Positions 40,674 through 51,110 of a stretch of DNA of 64,000 nt are shown here, piece after piece. The notes under the pieces are model-generated. The model made no database searches and was not told the DNA's origin. It was given only the letters and a program-made list of their open reading frames with translations. Both the position numbers and the translations under genes were made by a program. The stretch spans positions 3,840,001 through 3,904,000 of the forward strand of contig CAVUSO010000001.1 of NCBI GenBank assembly GCA_963744145.1. Reading direction: 5' to 3'. Source of the stretch: an uncultured cyanobacterium (lineage in GTDB: Bacteria; Cyanobacteriota; Cyanobacteriia; Cyanobacteriales; CAWUOF01). How positions within the stretch are numbered: the stretch's first letter is position 1; each line of letters begins with the position of its first letter.

Positions 40674-41018
40674 ATGCAAGATAAGCAAAAAGTTACGTTA
40701 TATCTGCCGCCAGAACTGCATCGCCGACTCAAAATCCGAGCTGCGGTTGACTCAGAACCAATGTCTGTCATTGCCGAACGTGCGCTGAACTTCTATATGG
40801 AACATCCAGAAATAGTAGATGAAGCGAACACCGAGTACGGTAGAACCCATCGGGTTTACAATTGTCCGGAATGCGAAAGTGCAGTGGTAATGCGAGACGG
40901 AGAAATAGTTTCTCTAAGACATCAGCCTAGTGTTTTAGCCCAGACAGAGGGGCTTCCTGTAGAAAAAGTACATTCGAGTACGGATCAACAGGGAGAGGAA
41001 GCCTTAGTTCCTTGCTAA
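40674..41018 (+). CDS. Conserved RHH-like / CxxC protein upstream of ycf46
   Basis: KQKVTLYLPPELHRRLKIRAAV, VYNCPEC. Confidence 0.8.
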   Translation: MQDKQKVTLYLPPELHRRLKIRAAVDSEPMSVIAERALNFYMEHPEIVDEANTEYGRTHRVYNCPECESAVVMRDGEIVSLRHQPSVLAQTEGLPVEKVHSSTDQQGEEALVPC

Positions 41019-41125
41019 AGTTTCGACCCTTGTAAAAAAGCGATCGCGCTTATGTGTTCAGCACTAAAGGCTGGGGGCATAAAGATCAGGCAAAGTTTGC
41101 ACCCGTTCTAATTAGGTTAATGGTC

Positions 41126-42634
41126 ATGAAAGAAGAGCTCAACATCTTAATTCAAGCTCAATATCCAATGATCTACCTGGTAACCTCCGAAGAAGAGCGA
41201 GCCGAGCAGGCAATTGCAATAATTGCTCAGATCAAGCCCCAGCGAAGAGTTTTTATATGGACAGTCACCCATGGGATTGTGGAGTTTGGTCAACCGCGGA
41301 ATGTGACCCAACATAACACCGTATCGCCAGAAGCAGCGATCGAGTGGGTGATCAGACAGCGCGAACCAGGAATATTTATATTTAAGGATTTACATCCCTT
41401 TATTGATTCACCAGCCACCACCAGATGGTTAAGAGATGCGATCGCCAGTTTTAAAGGGATGCAGAAAGCAATTTTGCTGATGTCCCCCTTACAACAAATT
41501 CCGATCGAATTGGAAAAAGAAGTAATCGTTCTCGATTTTCCGCTCCCCACGATGGCAGAACTAAATCAAGTGCTCAACCAGCAGTTAGAAAGCATCAAAA
41601 CCCGAAGAATAAACACAGAGACGCGGGAAAAACTGCTCAAAGCCGCATTAGGGTTAACCAGAGATGAAGCGGAAAAAGTTTATCGTAAAGCCCAATGTAG
41701 TGCTGGACGTTTAACCGAAGCCGAAGTAGATATAGTGCTATCGGAGAAAAAACAACTAATCCGGCGGAATGGGATTTTAGAATATATCGAGGAAGATGAA
41801 ACCATCGATTCAATTGGGGGATTGGAAGAGTTAAAACGCTGGCTGAAACAACGTTCCAATGCTTTTACTGAAAGAGCGCGAGAATATGGTTTACCGCAAC
41901 CGAAAGGAATGTTAATCTTAGGTGTGCCAGGCTGTGGTAAGTCCTTAATTGCCAAAACAACAGCCCGTCTCTGGGGTCTACCACTATTAAGGTTAGACAT
42001 GGGGCGCGTCTATGATGGGTCGATGGTAGGTCGCTCTGAAGCTAACTTACGCAACGCTCTGAAAACCGCCGAATCGATCTCACCAGCGATTTTATTCATC
42101 GATGAATTAGATAAAGCCTTTGCGGGAACTAGCGGTTCAGCAGACTCGGATGGTGGAACATCCAGCCGGATCTTTGGTTCATTTCTCACCTGGATGCAAG
42201 AAAAAACCTCTCCTGTATTTGTGATGGCTACAGCTAATCGGGTGGAACGGTTACCAGGAGAATTTTTACGGAAAGGTCGTTTTGATGAACTGTTTTTTGT
42301 AGATTTACCCACTAAGGAAGAACGTCAGGAAATCTTTAAGATTCACCTCTCCAAGAGAAGAAGAGAGATAGAACGTTTCGATATCGAGCAATTAGCTATA
42401 GTTTCCGAAGGTTTTTCTGGGGCAGAAATCGAGCAAGCGTTAATCGCCGCGATGTATGACGCTTTTGCCCAAGATCGGGAATTTACCCAATTAGATATTA
42501 TTGCCGCGATTAAGTCAACCCTGCCGCTGTCAAAGACAATGACAGAACAAGTAACCGCCCTGCGAGATTGGGCGCGGCAAAGGGCCAGACCCGCAGCCTC
42601 CGCGATCGCTGAATATCAGCGAATGGAGTTCTAA
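41126..42634 (+). CDS. ycf46: AAA+ ATPase Ycf46
   Basis: GVPGCGKS, LFIDELDK, FLTWMQEK, RKGRFDE. Confidence 0.93.
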   Translation: MKEELNILIQAQYPMIYLVTSEEERAEQAIAIIAQIKPQRRVFIWTVTHGIVEFGQPRNVTQHNTVSPEAAIEWVIRQREPGIFIFKDLHPFIDSPATTRWLRDAIASFKGMQKAILLMSPLQQIPIELEKEVIVLDFPLPTMAELNQVLNQQLESIKTRRINTETREKLLKAALGLTRDEAEKVYRKAQCSAGRLTEAEVDIVLSEKKQLIRRNGILEYIEEDETIDSIGGLEELKRWLKQRSNAFTERAREYGLPQPKGMLILGVPGCGKSLIAKTTARLWGLPLLRLDMGRVYDGSMVGRSEANLRNALKTAESISPAILFIDELDKAFAGTSGSADSDGGTSSRIFGSFLTWMQEKTSPVFVMATANRVERLPGEFLRKGRFDELFFVDLPTKEERQEIFKIHLSKRRREIERFDIEQLAIVSEGFSGAEIEQALIAAMYDAFAQDREFTQLDIIAAIKSTLPLSKTMTEQVTALRDWARQRARPAASAIAEYQRMEF

Positions 42635-42786
42635 AAGCTTTCTCCTGCTCCCAACAGGAGGAAAGGCTAGCAAGTCAAAATTGCTAGCAGAATGAAAAAA
42701 GCCGCTCTCTTCCCTTAAATCAAGCGGCTTGCTGAAAAAACCAAAACGTTGTTGTTTCTCTCTATTTTCTACAGGAGTAAATCCCC

Positions 42787-43140
42787 ATGTCTCACTTTAG
42801 CACTTTACGCACCAAAATCACCGACGCCGAAATCCTCAAAGCTTCTCTCCGCGACCTGGGTATCAACGTGAAAACAGAAGCAGATGTTCGTGGCTACAAT
42901 GGTCAGCGTGTTCGTTCCGATATCGTTGCGATCTTAGATGGCGAATATGATTTAGGCTGGTCTCGCAATAGCGATGGTTCCTTCGATCTAATTGCTGACC
43001 TCTGGGGTGTTGCCAAAAAACACAATCAAACTGAACTAATTAATTCCATCAATCAAAAATACGCAGTCAACAAGACTTTGGCAGAAGTCCGTCGTCCTGG
43101 TTTACAAAATGCCAACGTCAAATTGGTTCTCCAAAATTAA
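42787..43140 (+). CDS. ycf35: Ycf35 / DUF1257 protein
   Basis: MSHFSTLRTKI, VRGYNGQ, FDLIADLW. Confidence 0.9.
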   Translation: MSHFSTLRTKITDAEILKASLRDLGINVKTEADVRGYNGQRVRSDIVAILDGEYDLGWSRNSDGSFDLIADLWGVAKKHNQTELINSINQKYAVNKTLAEVRRPGLQNANVKLVLQN

Positions 43141-43164
43141 TCTTTCTGCGCGTTCCCAAGCTCG

Positions 43165-43197
43165 CGGGTTAACCAAATACGGGTTAACCCGTTTTTT
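43165..43197 (+). terminator. Intrinsic terminator
   Basis: cgggttaacc-loop-ggttaacccg followed by tttttt. Confidence 0.75.
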
Positions 43198-43253
43198 ATT
43201 GAGATTTTGGAGCAGAACTCCATTTATGATTGATTGTGTATTAATTAATTATT

Positions 43254-44111
43254 ATGAAGAATTTTACACCGACACAAGAGCAAAAAATTCGCGCCTTGCT
43301 CAGAGATTGTGGCCAACAAGCCGAGCAGTTTGCTAGTCAAAAATTTCAGATTTACACCAAGGGTCCTGATGATTTTGTGACTAGTGTAGATCGCTTGTTA
43401 GATCGTCAACTCACTGCGGGATTTGCAGATTTGTTTCCTGAAGATGGGACAATTACGGAAGAAAATGAATCATCGCGTTTGGCTTTCCATGCTGGTTATG
43501 ACCGATTATGGTGTATTGATCCGCTAGATGGCACAGATGATTTTATTCAGGGTAAACCTGATTATTCCGTGATGGTTGGTTTACTTTGTGGGCGTCAACC
43601 AGTAGCAGGTTGGCTCTATGCTCCTGTCCAAAATCAGCTTTATTATGGTGGTCGTGACTGGGGATTGTTCCAAACTCAAGCCGATGAACCATCAACAGTT
43701 TTAGTACCAGTACAACCAATTTCACCTTCTCGGTCTTTTTGTCCGGTGATGTTGGGATATAAAGATCAACAAAATTTTGGCTCAGCGATCGCTGAGGTGA
43801 TTCCTGGAGCCCAGTTTTATAGTATTGGGAGCTTTGGATTAAAAGTAATTGAAGTGATTATGGGTCGGGTTGGTCTGTATCTATATCTCAATGGTCGGGT
43901 AAAACTGTGGGATACGGTGGGACCATTAGCCCTAGCCCTAGCGGCTGGTTTAACTTGTTGTGATTTAGATGGTAAACCACTTAGTTTTGAAAATGATGCG
44001 ATTAATCCTGTAACTTTAGCTCATGAGCAATCAATTGTGATTGGGTGGCCAGAATATGTGGCTGAGTTACGCCCAAAAATTCAACCAGCGATCGCCAACA
44101 TGAGATCATAG
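43254..44111 (+). CDS. Inositol monophosphatase / CysQ-family protein
   Basis: WCIDPLDGTDDF, KLWDTVGP. Confidence 0.9.
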   Translation: MKNFTPTQEQKIRALLRDCGQQAEQFASQKFQIYTKGPDDFVTSVDRLLDRQLTAGFADLFPEDGTITEENESSRLAFHAGYDRLWCIDPLDGTDDFIQGKPDYSVMVGLLCGRQPVAGWLYAPVQNQLYYGGRDWGLFQTQADEPSTVLVPVQPISPSRSFCPVMLGYKDQQNFGSAIAEVIPGAQFYSIGSFGLKVIEVIMGRVGLYLYLNGRVKLWDTVGPLALALAAGLTCCDLDGKPLSFENDAINPVTLAHEQSIVIGWPEYVAELRPKIQPAIANMRS

Positions 44112-44197
44112 AAACAGCCCGACAGAAAAATACCAGAGATTGGTTAAGCGGCTGTCGGTAAACTGGTGTTGGTAAACACAATGATTAGAGATTTTTT

Positions 44198-45787
44198 ATG
44201 AATGCTACTGCGCTCTGGGAACGCTATCAAGATTGGCTGTACTATCACCAAGGGCTAGGATTTTATGTAGATATTAGTCGGATGCGTTTTGACGATAATT
44301 ATTTTTCGGCTCTGTCAGTAAAATTTGCCCAGGCTTTTCGGAATATGTCAGCTTTGGAAGCAGGTGCGATCGCTAATCCAGATGAAAATCGGATGGTTGG
44401 TCATTATTGGTTACGCAACCCTGATTTAGCTCCCAATTCCGAATATAAACAAGAGATTGTGGAAACTCTCCATCAAATTGAAGATTTTGCCCAGAAAGTT
44501 CATCAGGGAGTAATTCGTCCACCTCATGCAACCAAGTTTACTGATATCCTGTCAATTGGGATTGGTGGTTCAGCTTTAGGACCAGAATTTGTCGCTGAAG
44601 CGATCGCCCCGGAAAATCCACCTTTAGCGATTCATTTTTTGGATAATACTGATCCGGCTGGGATTGACCGAGTTTTACATCAGATTCAAGATCGATTGTC
44701 TAGCACCATTGTATTAGTAATTTCTAAATCAGGAGGGACTCCAGAAACTCGCAATGGCATGATTGAAGTGCAAACTGCTTATCGCGATCGCCACTTAGAT
44801 TTTGCCAAACACGCAGTAGCAATTACAGGGATTAACAGCAATTTAGATCAACTAGCTAAATCTAATGGGTGGATTGCTACTTTTCCGATGCACGACTGGG
44901 TTGGGGGTAGAACATCCGAACTTTCTGCGGTGGGATTATTACCAGCTGCATTGCAAGGAATTGATATTCGGGCCATGTTAGCAGGTGCGAAGGAAATGGA
45001 TGATGTGACTCGCTTACAGCAAATTAAAGGTAATCCAGCCGCTCTGTTAGCTTTAGCTTGGTATTCAGGATGTAACGGACGTGGCGACAAGGATATGGTA
45101 ATTTTACCTTACAAAGATAGTTTACTCCTTTTTAGTCGCTATCTCCAACAATTAGTAATGGAATCCCTGGGCAAAGAAAAAGATTTAGATGGCAAGATCG
45201 TACATCAAGGTATTGCTGTTTATGGGAATAAAGGTTCAACGGATCAACACGCTTATGTCCAACAATTGCGTGAGGGTGTTCCCAATTTCTTTATGACTTT
45301 TATTGAAGTTTTAGAAGATCGTCAAGGTCCTTCAACCGAAGTAGAACCAGGGATTACCTCCGGAGATTATCTATCGGGATTATTACAAGGTACAAGAGCA
45401 GCACTTTATGAAAATCAACGGGATTCCATCACAGTTACTATTCCCCAAGTTAATCCACGGACAATAGGTGCTTTAATTGCTCTTTATGAACGAGCAGTTG
45501 GTTTATACGGTTTTCTAGTTAATATTAATGCTTATCATCAACCTGGGGTAGAAGCAGGTAAAAAAGCAGCAGCAGCAGTTTTAGAATGGCAAAAACGCAT
45601 TCTTCAAGTTCTGCAACAAGCAGGAAAACCTCTGACTATAAAGGAATTGGCTGAACAAGCAGGAGCTCCTGAACAAATTGAGGTTATTTACAAAATCTTG
45701 CGACATTTATCTGCTAATAAACGCAGTGTGATTTTAACGGGTGATTTAGGACAACCTGCTAGTTTAATTGTTAACCTATTGCGATAG
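44198..45787 (+). CDS. pgi: Glucose-6-phosphate isomerase
   Basis: [42 protein letters not shown]. Confidence 0.97.
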   Translation: MNATALWERYQDWLYYHQGLGFYVDISRMRFDDNYFSALSVKFAQAFRNMSALEAGAIANPDENRMVGHYWLRNPDLAPNSEYKQEIVETLHQIEDFAQKVHQGVIRPPHATKFTDILSIGIGGSALGPEFVAEAIAPENPPLAIHFLDNTDPAGIDRVLHQIQDRLSSTIVLVISKSGGTPETRNGMIEVQTAYRDRHLDFAKHAVAITGINSNLDQLAKSNGWIATFPMHDWVGGRTSELSAVGLLPAALQGIDIRAMLAGAKEMDDVTRLQQIKGNPAALLALAWYSGCNGRGDKDMVILPYKDSLLLFSRYLQQLVMESLGKEKDLDGKIVHQGIAVYGNKGSTDQHAYVQQLREGVPNFFMTFIEVLEDRQGPSTEVEPGITSGDYLSGLLQGTRAALYENQRDSITVTIPQVNPRTIGALIALYERAVGLYGFLVNINAYHQPGVEAGKKAAAAVLEWQKRILQVLQQAGKPLTIKELAEQAGAPEQIEVIYKILRHLSANKRSVILTGDLGQPASLIVNLLR

Positions 45788-46005
45788 GTAAATGATTGAT
45801 CATGGGTAATTAATATTACCCATTGATCAAAAAATTGGTAATGGGTGCCGATGGTGGGAGCATTGCATCTGAAGCCATTGGATGATTGAGGATTAGGGGA
45901 CTCGCATTCCCTACTACAAACTTATTAAACATCAAGCTGATCAATCTCAAATTGCTATACTTAAATTAAGCATCTCGTCATTCCTGTTGTGGATCGCTAA
46001 GAACT

Positions 46006-46824
46006 ATGGTCCAAAGTCTTGACCCTACTATATTACCCCCTCCTTTTCCCGATCATACCCAATTACCTGAATCCGACGGCACCTTCGTGAAAAACTTTCA
46101 AGAACATCCCCAATGTATCTTGCTGACTGACTCTTTGGAAACTACACTGCAAAATCTTCATCCAGATGGTCAATATGCGATCGGACAAGATAGTGGGATT
46201 TATTGGAGAGAAACAGATCCTCCGGAACGGGGAGCGGAAGCACCGGATTGGTTCTATGTTCCTAACGTTCCACCCCTATTAGACGGTCAAGTTCGTCGTT
46301 CTTATGTATTATGGCGCGAATATAGTGTGCCCTTAATTGCGATCGAATTAGCGAGTGGAAATGGTGCAGAAGAACGAGACAATACTCCCCTATCTCGTTC
46401 TTCTGAAAGGAGCAATCAGAAACCCGGTAAGTTTTGGGTATATGAGCAGATTATTCGGATTCCTTACTATGCCATATATATCATCAAAACCAGGGAATTA
46501 GAAGTTTATAACTGGGTGAATATTCACTATCACCGTTTGCAACCAAATGAGCGCGGACATTACCCGATTGATCGGATGGGAGTAGAATTAGGTGTGTGGG
46601 AAGGTAGCTATCAAAATCAGACTAATCACTGGTTACGTTGGTGGGATAGTCAAGGTAATCTGTTGCTCACTGGTAGTGAACAGGCTAAACTGGAACGTCT
46701 TCATACTGAACAGGAACGTCAACGGGCTGATGCTGAAACAGTACGGGCTGATCGAGAACAGCAACAGAAAGAACGATTAGCTGCTTATTTGCGATCGCAA
46801 GGAATCGATCCGGATTTAATTTGA
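46006..46824 (+). CDS. Uma2-family endonuclease (DUF820)
   Basis: PDHTQLPESDGTFVKNFQEHPQ, APDWFYVP. Confidence 0.92.
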   Translation: MVQSLDPTILPPPFPDHTQLPESDGTFVKNFQEHPQCILLTDSLETTLQNLHPDGQYAIGQDSGIYWRETDPPERGAEAPDWFYVPNVPPLLDGQVRRSYVLWREYSVPLIAIELASGNGAEERDNTPLSRSSERSNQKPGKFWVYEQIIRIPYYAIYIIKTRELEVYNWVNIHYHRLQPNERGHYPIDRMGVELGVWEGSYQNQTNHWLRWWDSQGNLLLTGSEQAKLERLHTEQERQRADAETVRADREQQQKERLAAYLRSQGIDPDLI

Positions 46825-46940
46825 GCTAACGCGACCTACAATAATATTTGTTTCTTTGGTGGTAATGTTCATGGGTAATATTAATTACCCATGAACATTA
46901 AATAGATATTAGCCACTCTATTTACCAGCTCTACCTGTTG

Positions 46941-48950
46941 CTATCTTTTAGCTTCGTCAAACTGACGTTGTTCAGTTAAGCTGATCGCTTTTTCCTGATA
47001 AACAGCAAGATTAAACCAGAAGGTTGTCCCCACACCGATTTCACTGATAATATGGACTGAACTGTGATGTTTTTCGACAATATTTTTCACGATCGATAAA
47101 CCCAATCCTGTTCCTTCTAAAGTATGCACTCGGTTTTCGACTCGGAAAAAGCGATCGAAAATAGCTTCTTGATCTTCTGGTGCAATTCCAATCCCCGTAT
47201 CTGCAACTTCAATTCGGACTAAGTTCGGTTGCGCGATCGCTGGTGCTGATAAAGAATCAGTAGAATTACTTTCCTGTCCATCTGAGATTGGTGGGGATTC
47301 TAACAAATAAGCTCGGATTGTTACCTTTCCACCTGGGGGAGTAAATTTAAGTGCATTACCGACTAAATTCATTAACACTTGCAACAATAAATCATAATGA
47401 CCCCAAACCGTAGGTAAATTTGGAGAAATTTCTTGGCTTAATTCAATTCCCTTATCTTTAGCATTTAATTGATAAGTCCGCAATGTTTGCTCAATTGGTT
47501 GAACCAAATCGACCGCATCAAAATAATAAACTCGACAGGATTCTAGACGGGATAAATCTAAAACATCATTCACTAAGCGAGTCAGACGATCGGTTTCGCG
47601 ATTTGCAGTTTCTAAAAACTCTTTACGTTCATTTTCACTGAGTTCTTCACCATATTCATGCAAAGTTTCTATAAAAGATTTAATATTAAATAAAGGTGTC
47701 CTTAATTCATGGGATACATTGCTAATAAACTGACTTTTTGCCTCATTTAGTTCCACCTCACGGGTAATATCTTGGACGGTCATTCCAATTCCTTTCACAT
47801 TTTCTCGATATTGATCAAATACAGTGGTTAAAAGAATCCTAACTGTCCGGTTTATCGGTGCAGAAAGCGTAATTCTGTATTCTCCTCCTTCTCGAGGTGC
47901 AAGACTATCCCGGAGTACATCTCCTGATGCCATTTTATATAGGGGTCTTGTCAATTCTACTTGTACTGTTTGGGGCAAATGATATAATACATTCTCCCCT
48001 ACTACTTCTTTCCCTTCCCAATTAAAAAGTCGTCTGGCTGTGGGATTAACTAAAACTATGTGCATATTGGTATCAAGCAAGACTGCACCATCAGCAATAG
48101 TCGAAACTAAGGTTTCCAATTTAGCTTTTTCTGCTGTTAATTCTTCAATATTTTGTTCTTCGTAACTTTCTAATCTTTGGGCCATTTCATTAAAACTAAA
48201 AATTAATTCCCCCAGTTCTCCTCCTAAAGGTAAGTCTATGCGTTGTTTAAAGTTACCAGTAGCGATATTTTTGACACCAACGAGTAATTCTTTAATTGGT
48301 TGAGTAATCATTAAAGCATTAGAAACCGCACCTAAAATTACCATTACCCAAATCGAAACAAAAACGGCAATAGTCACATCTCGAGTTAAATGAGATGAGG
48401 TTACTACGGTCGGATTAGGGTTAATTCCGATCGCCAGAATACCTAGATATTTACTTTCATGTACAAGGGGGATAAAAACATCTGTAACTTCTCCATCTGG
48501 TGTGAGATGTTGTCGTACCATTGGCAATTCTGAATAGATCCCAAAATTTTCAGGTACTTGAATTCTGCGTCGAATGGTCAGAGAGTTTTGCACTTCTGAT
48601 TCCGAAAAAGGTATTCCTAAAAAAATATTTCCATCTTCATCAGCATAAAGGATATAACGCACGCTGGAAGTGGTACTGTAAAACTGATGAGAAAAACGAG
48701 CAACCTCAGTCCGATTTCCTTGGGCAATTAAGGGGGCAACATTAGCCGCCAGTAAAAGTCCCAGGTCACGACCAAAGCGAGTATCACTTAAACGAGCATC
48801 CTGCTGGATCGTATTTACTGCCCAAAATGTCAGTCCGCTCATTACTAAAGATACTACCAGAGTTGCTGCCGCCATCAGTCTGGTTTGCAGGGTAAACTCA
48901 GACCACCAACGGGCAATTATTTCTTTAAGAGTGGTGAGAATGGTTAACAA
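46941..48950 (-). CDS. nblS: Sensor histidine kinase NblS/Hik33
   Basis: [58 protein letters not shown]. Confidence 0.96.
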   Translation of the reverse strand: MLTILTTLKEIIARWWSEFTLQTRLMAAATLVVSLVMSGLTFWAVNTIQQDARLSDTRFGRDLGLLLAANVAPLIAQGNRTEVARFSHQFYSTTSSVRYILYADEDGNIFLGIPFSESEVQNSLTIRRRIQVPENFGIYSELPMVRQHLTPDGEVTDVFIPLVHESKYLGILAIGINPNPTVVTSSHLTRDVTIAVFVSIWVMVILGAVSNALMITQPIKELLVGVKNIATGNFKQRIDLPLGGELGELIFSFNEMAQRLESYEEQNIEELTAEKAKLETLVSTIADGAVLLDTNMHIVLVNPTARRLFNWEGKEVVGENVLYHLPQTVQVELTRPLYKMASGDVLRDSLAPREGGEYRITLSAPINRTVRILLTTVFDQYRENVKGIGMTVQDITREVELNEAKSQFISNVSHELRTPLFNIKSFIETLHEYGEELSENERKEFLETANRETDRLTRLVNDVLDLSRLESCRVYYFDAVDLVQPIEQTLRTYQLNAKDKGIELSQEISPNLPTVWGHYDLLLQVLMNLVGNALKFTPPGGKVTIRAYLLESPPISDGQESNSTDSLSAPAIAQPNLVRIEVADTGIGIAPEDQEAIFDRFFRVENRVHTLEGTGLGLSIVKNIVEKHHSSVHIISEIGVGTTFWFNLAVYQEKAISLTEQRQFDEAKR

Positions 48951-49026
48951 GGTTTTATATCCGCTAATTTTTATTATTCTATTGTGACATATATGTCTCT
49001 TAAGTAGTTAGTCCATTACCAATTTG

Positions 49027-51003
49027 CTAAACGGGGATTTGAATCACAAACTCACATCCTTCCCCTGGTGAAGAAATACAGGTTAGCTTTCCTTGATGTT
49101 TATCTTCGATGATTTGTCGTGAAATCGATAATCCTAATCCCGTTCCTTTACCTACTTCTTTGGTGGTAAATAAATAATCAAATATTTTTCCCTGTAATTC
49201 TTTGGAAATCCCCATCCCATTATCCTTAATCCTAATTTCTACCCAATTCTCATCGGTTAATAACTTAGTCTCAATTATAATTTGATTAGGTTCTTTTTCG
49301 ATTTCTTCAAAACTTTTAGCATTGTTTGAGTCATCTAAAGCATCGATACCATTAGCAATAATATTAATAAATACTTGATTTAATTGTCCGGGAAAACATT
49401 TAACTTTTGGCAGAAGACCATAATTTTTAATAATTGCGATCGCTGGGCGATTTTCATTAGCTTTTAATCGATGTTTTAAAATCATCATTGTACTTTCGAG
49501 TCCTTCATGAATATCAAAAGGGATTTTCTCATCTAAATCTGCTCTAAAAAAAGTCCGGAGACTCTTACTAATATCACGAATTCGGTCTGTGCCAATTTTT
49601 AATGAATTAATGATATTCGGTAAATCTATCATTAAAAAATCTACATCGATATTTTCTGCATTTGCTTCAATTTCTGCATCGGTATTGCCAAACTTTTTTT
49701 GATAAATTTGTAAGTGGTTAATTAGTTGATTAACATATTCTTGAGCATGGTCAATATTAATCACAATGAAATTTACTGGATTATTAATTTCATGGGCAAT
49801 TCCTGCTAACAATTGACCGATACTTGCCATTTTTTCACTTTGCATTAGTTGCATTTGGGTTTGCTGAAGTTCGTGAAAAGATTTTTGTAATTCCTCATTA
49901 TAATCTTGTAATTTTTCCTTAGCTTCAGCTAAGTTGTTATTTTGTTCATGAAGATTTCGTTCGATTCGACCTAAAAATAAGTAAAATAAAATCACTAAAA
50001 TTAACCCAATAACTAGAGAAGCTATAGATACGATTAAGATATATTGCTGGCTAGATTTGATTGTGTTAGTAATATCTTTTAACGCAATCACATTACCAAT
50101 TTGATGATTATTAATATCCATTAAAGGTAAAATAATTACTTGATTGATTTTACCATTAATATCAATTTCATCAATCATTTTATCTTGATTGCGAACAAAG
50201 AGCTGTCGTAAATTTTCAGGAATTACAGATATAGTTTTATCAATAACCACAAAATTAGCAAACTCATCCCAAACAGATTTGTTCCATTTTTGGCGATCGA
50301 GTAATTGCCGATCGACTACAACAACTAAATCCAGATCAAGAATTTGATTAATAGTATTGATTAAATCTGCAAAATCAATTCCAAACTCTAAATAGCCAAT
50401 TAATTTACTTTTCCAAGGACCGACAAATAAATCACTATCTGCTCTTTGAGCGTAGTCACTACGCCAAGGATAAATAGTGCGAATTACTAGACTTCCATTT
50501 TGTCTTAGTTCTAAACCAGCACTGGGTTTTCCAGTTTGTTCTGCTTGTTTCAAAGTTGCTCTGTTAATTAAATTTGATTTCTGATCAGTATGTAATCTAA
50601 TTAAGTTGATTAGATTAGGTTGGTAAAAAGAAAAGTGACTAATTTTTTTCTGTTGCTTTAATCTTTTATATAAAGGTTTTGCTCTGGTTATTAAGGTTTT
50701 TACATCTTTTGATTTTAAAGCATTGGTTAATATTGGATCACGGATAATGATATCCATAGCAGTATTCATAGTATCAATACTATCTTCAATCTCATGCTTT
50801 ACTAAAAAATTAACTTTTTGATTTGTCTCTTGTTTATCTTGAAAAATTCTTTCTTTCTCATTTTTAAAAAAAGCCAAAATAAATATACTTTGAATAATGC
50901 TAATTGCTAGGATTAAAGGTAATAAAATACGCAGTCTAATTCTTGGTTTTTTTGATATCTCTAAGAGAGGCTTTTTACGATTATTCGGATGAATGCTCAT
51001 CAT
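49027..51003 (-). CDS. Membrane sensor histidine kinase with Cache-like periplasmic domain
   Basis: Two TM segments, SEKMASIGQLLAGIAHEINNP, FTTKEVGKGTGLGL. Confidence 0.9.
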   Translation of the reverse strand: MMSIHPNNRKKPLLEISKKPRIRLRILLPLILAISIIQSIFILAFFKNEKERIFQDKQETNQKVNFLVKHEIEDSIDTMNTAMDIIIRDPILTNALKSKDVKTLITRAKPLYKRLKQQKKISHFSFYQPNLINLIRLHTDQKSNLINRATLKQAEQTGKPSAGLELRQNGSLVIRTIYPWRSDYAQRADSDLFVGPWKSKLIGYLEFGIDFADLINTINQILDLDLVVVVDRQLLDRQKWNKSVWDEFANFVVIDKTISVIPENLRQLFVRNQDKMIDEIDINGKINQVIILPLMDINNHQIGNVIALKDITNTIKSSQQYILIVSIASLVIGLILVILFYLFLGRIERNLHEQNNNLAEAKEKLQDYNEELQKSFHELQQTQMQLMQSEKMASIGQLLAGIAHEINNPVNFIVINIDHAQEYVNQLINHLQIYQKKFGNTDAEIEANAENIDVDFLMIDLPNIINSLKIGTDRIRDISKSLRTFFRADLDEKIPFDIHEGLESTMMILKHRLKANENRPAIAIIKNYGLLPKVKCFPGQLNQVFINIIANGIDALDDSNNAKSFEEIEKEPNQIIIETKLLTDENWVEIRIKDNGMGISKELQGKIFDYLFTTKEVGKGTGLGLSISRQIIEDKHQGKLTCISSPGEGCEFVIQIPV

Positions 51004-51110
51004 ATTTTCACTAATCCCAAGCAGTTGCTTGATTAATTAATAAATCTGATCAATTTACTAGCAGGGTTAAGCTAAGTAACTATGCTTAGTTATTTAGCTA
51101 TTTTTCGAGA

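Noticed and set aside
41290..42312. Antisense ORFs within ycf46, and similar short overlaps elsewhere in the track
   Set aside because: Shadow frames of well-supported genes
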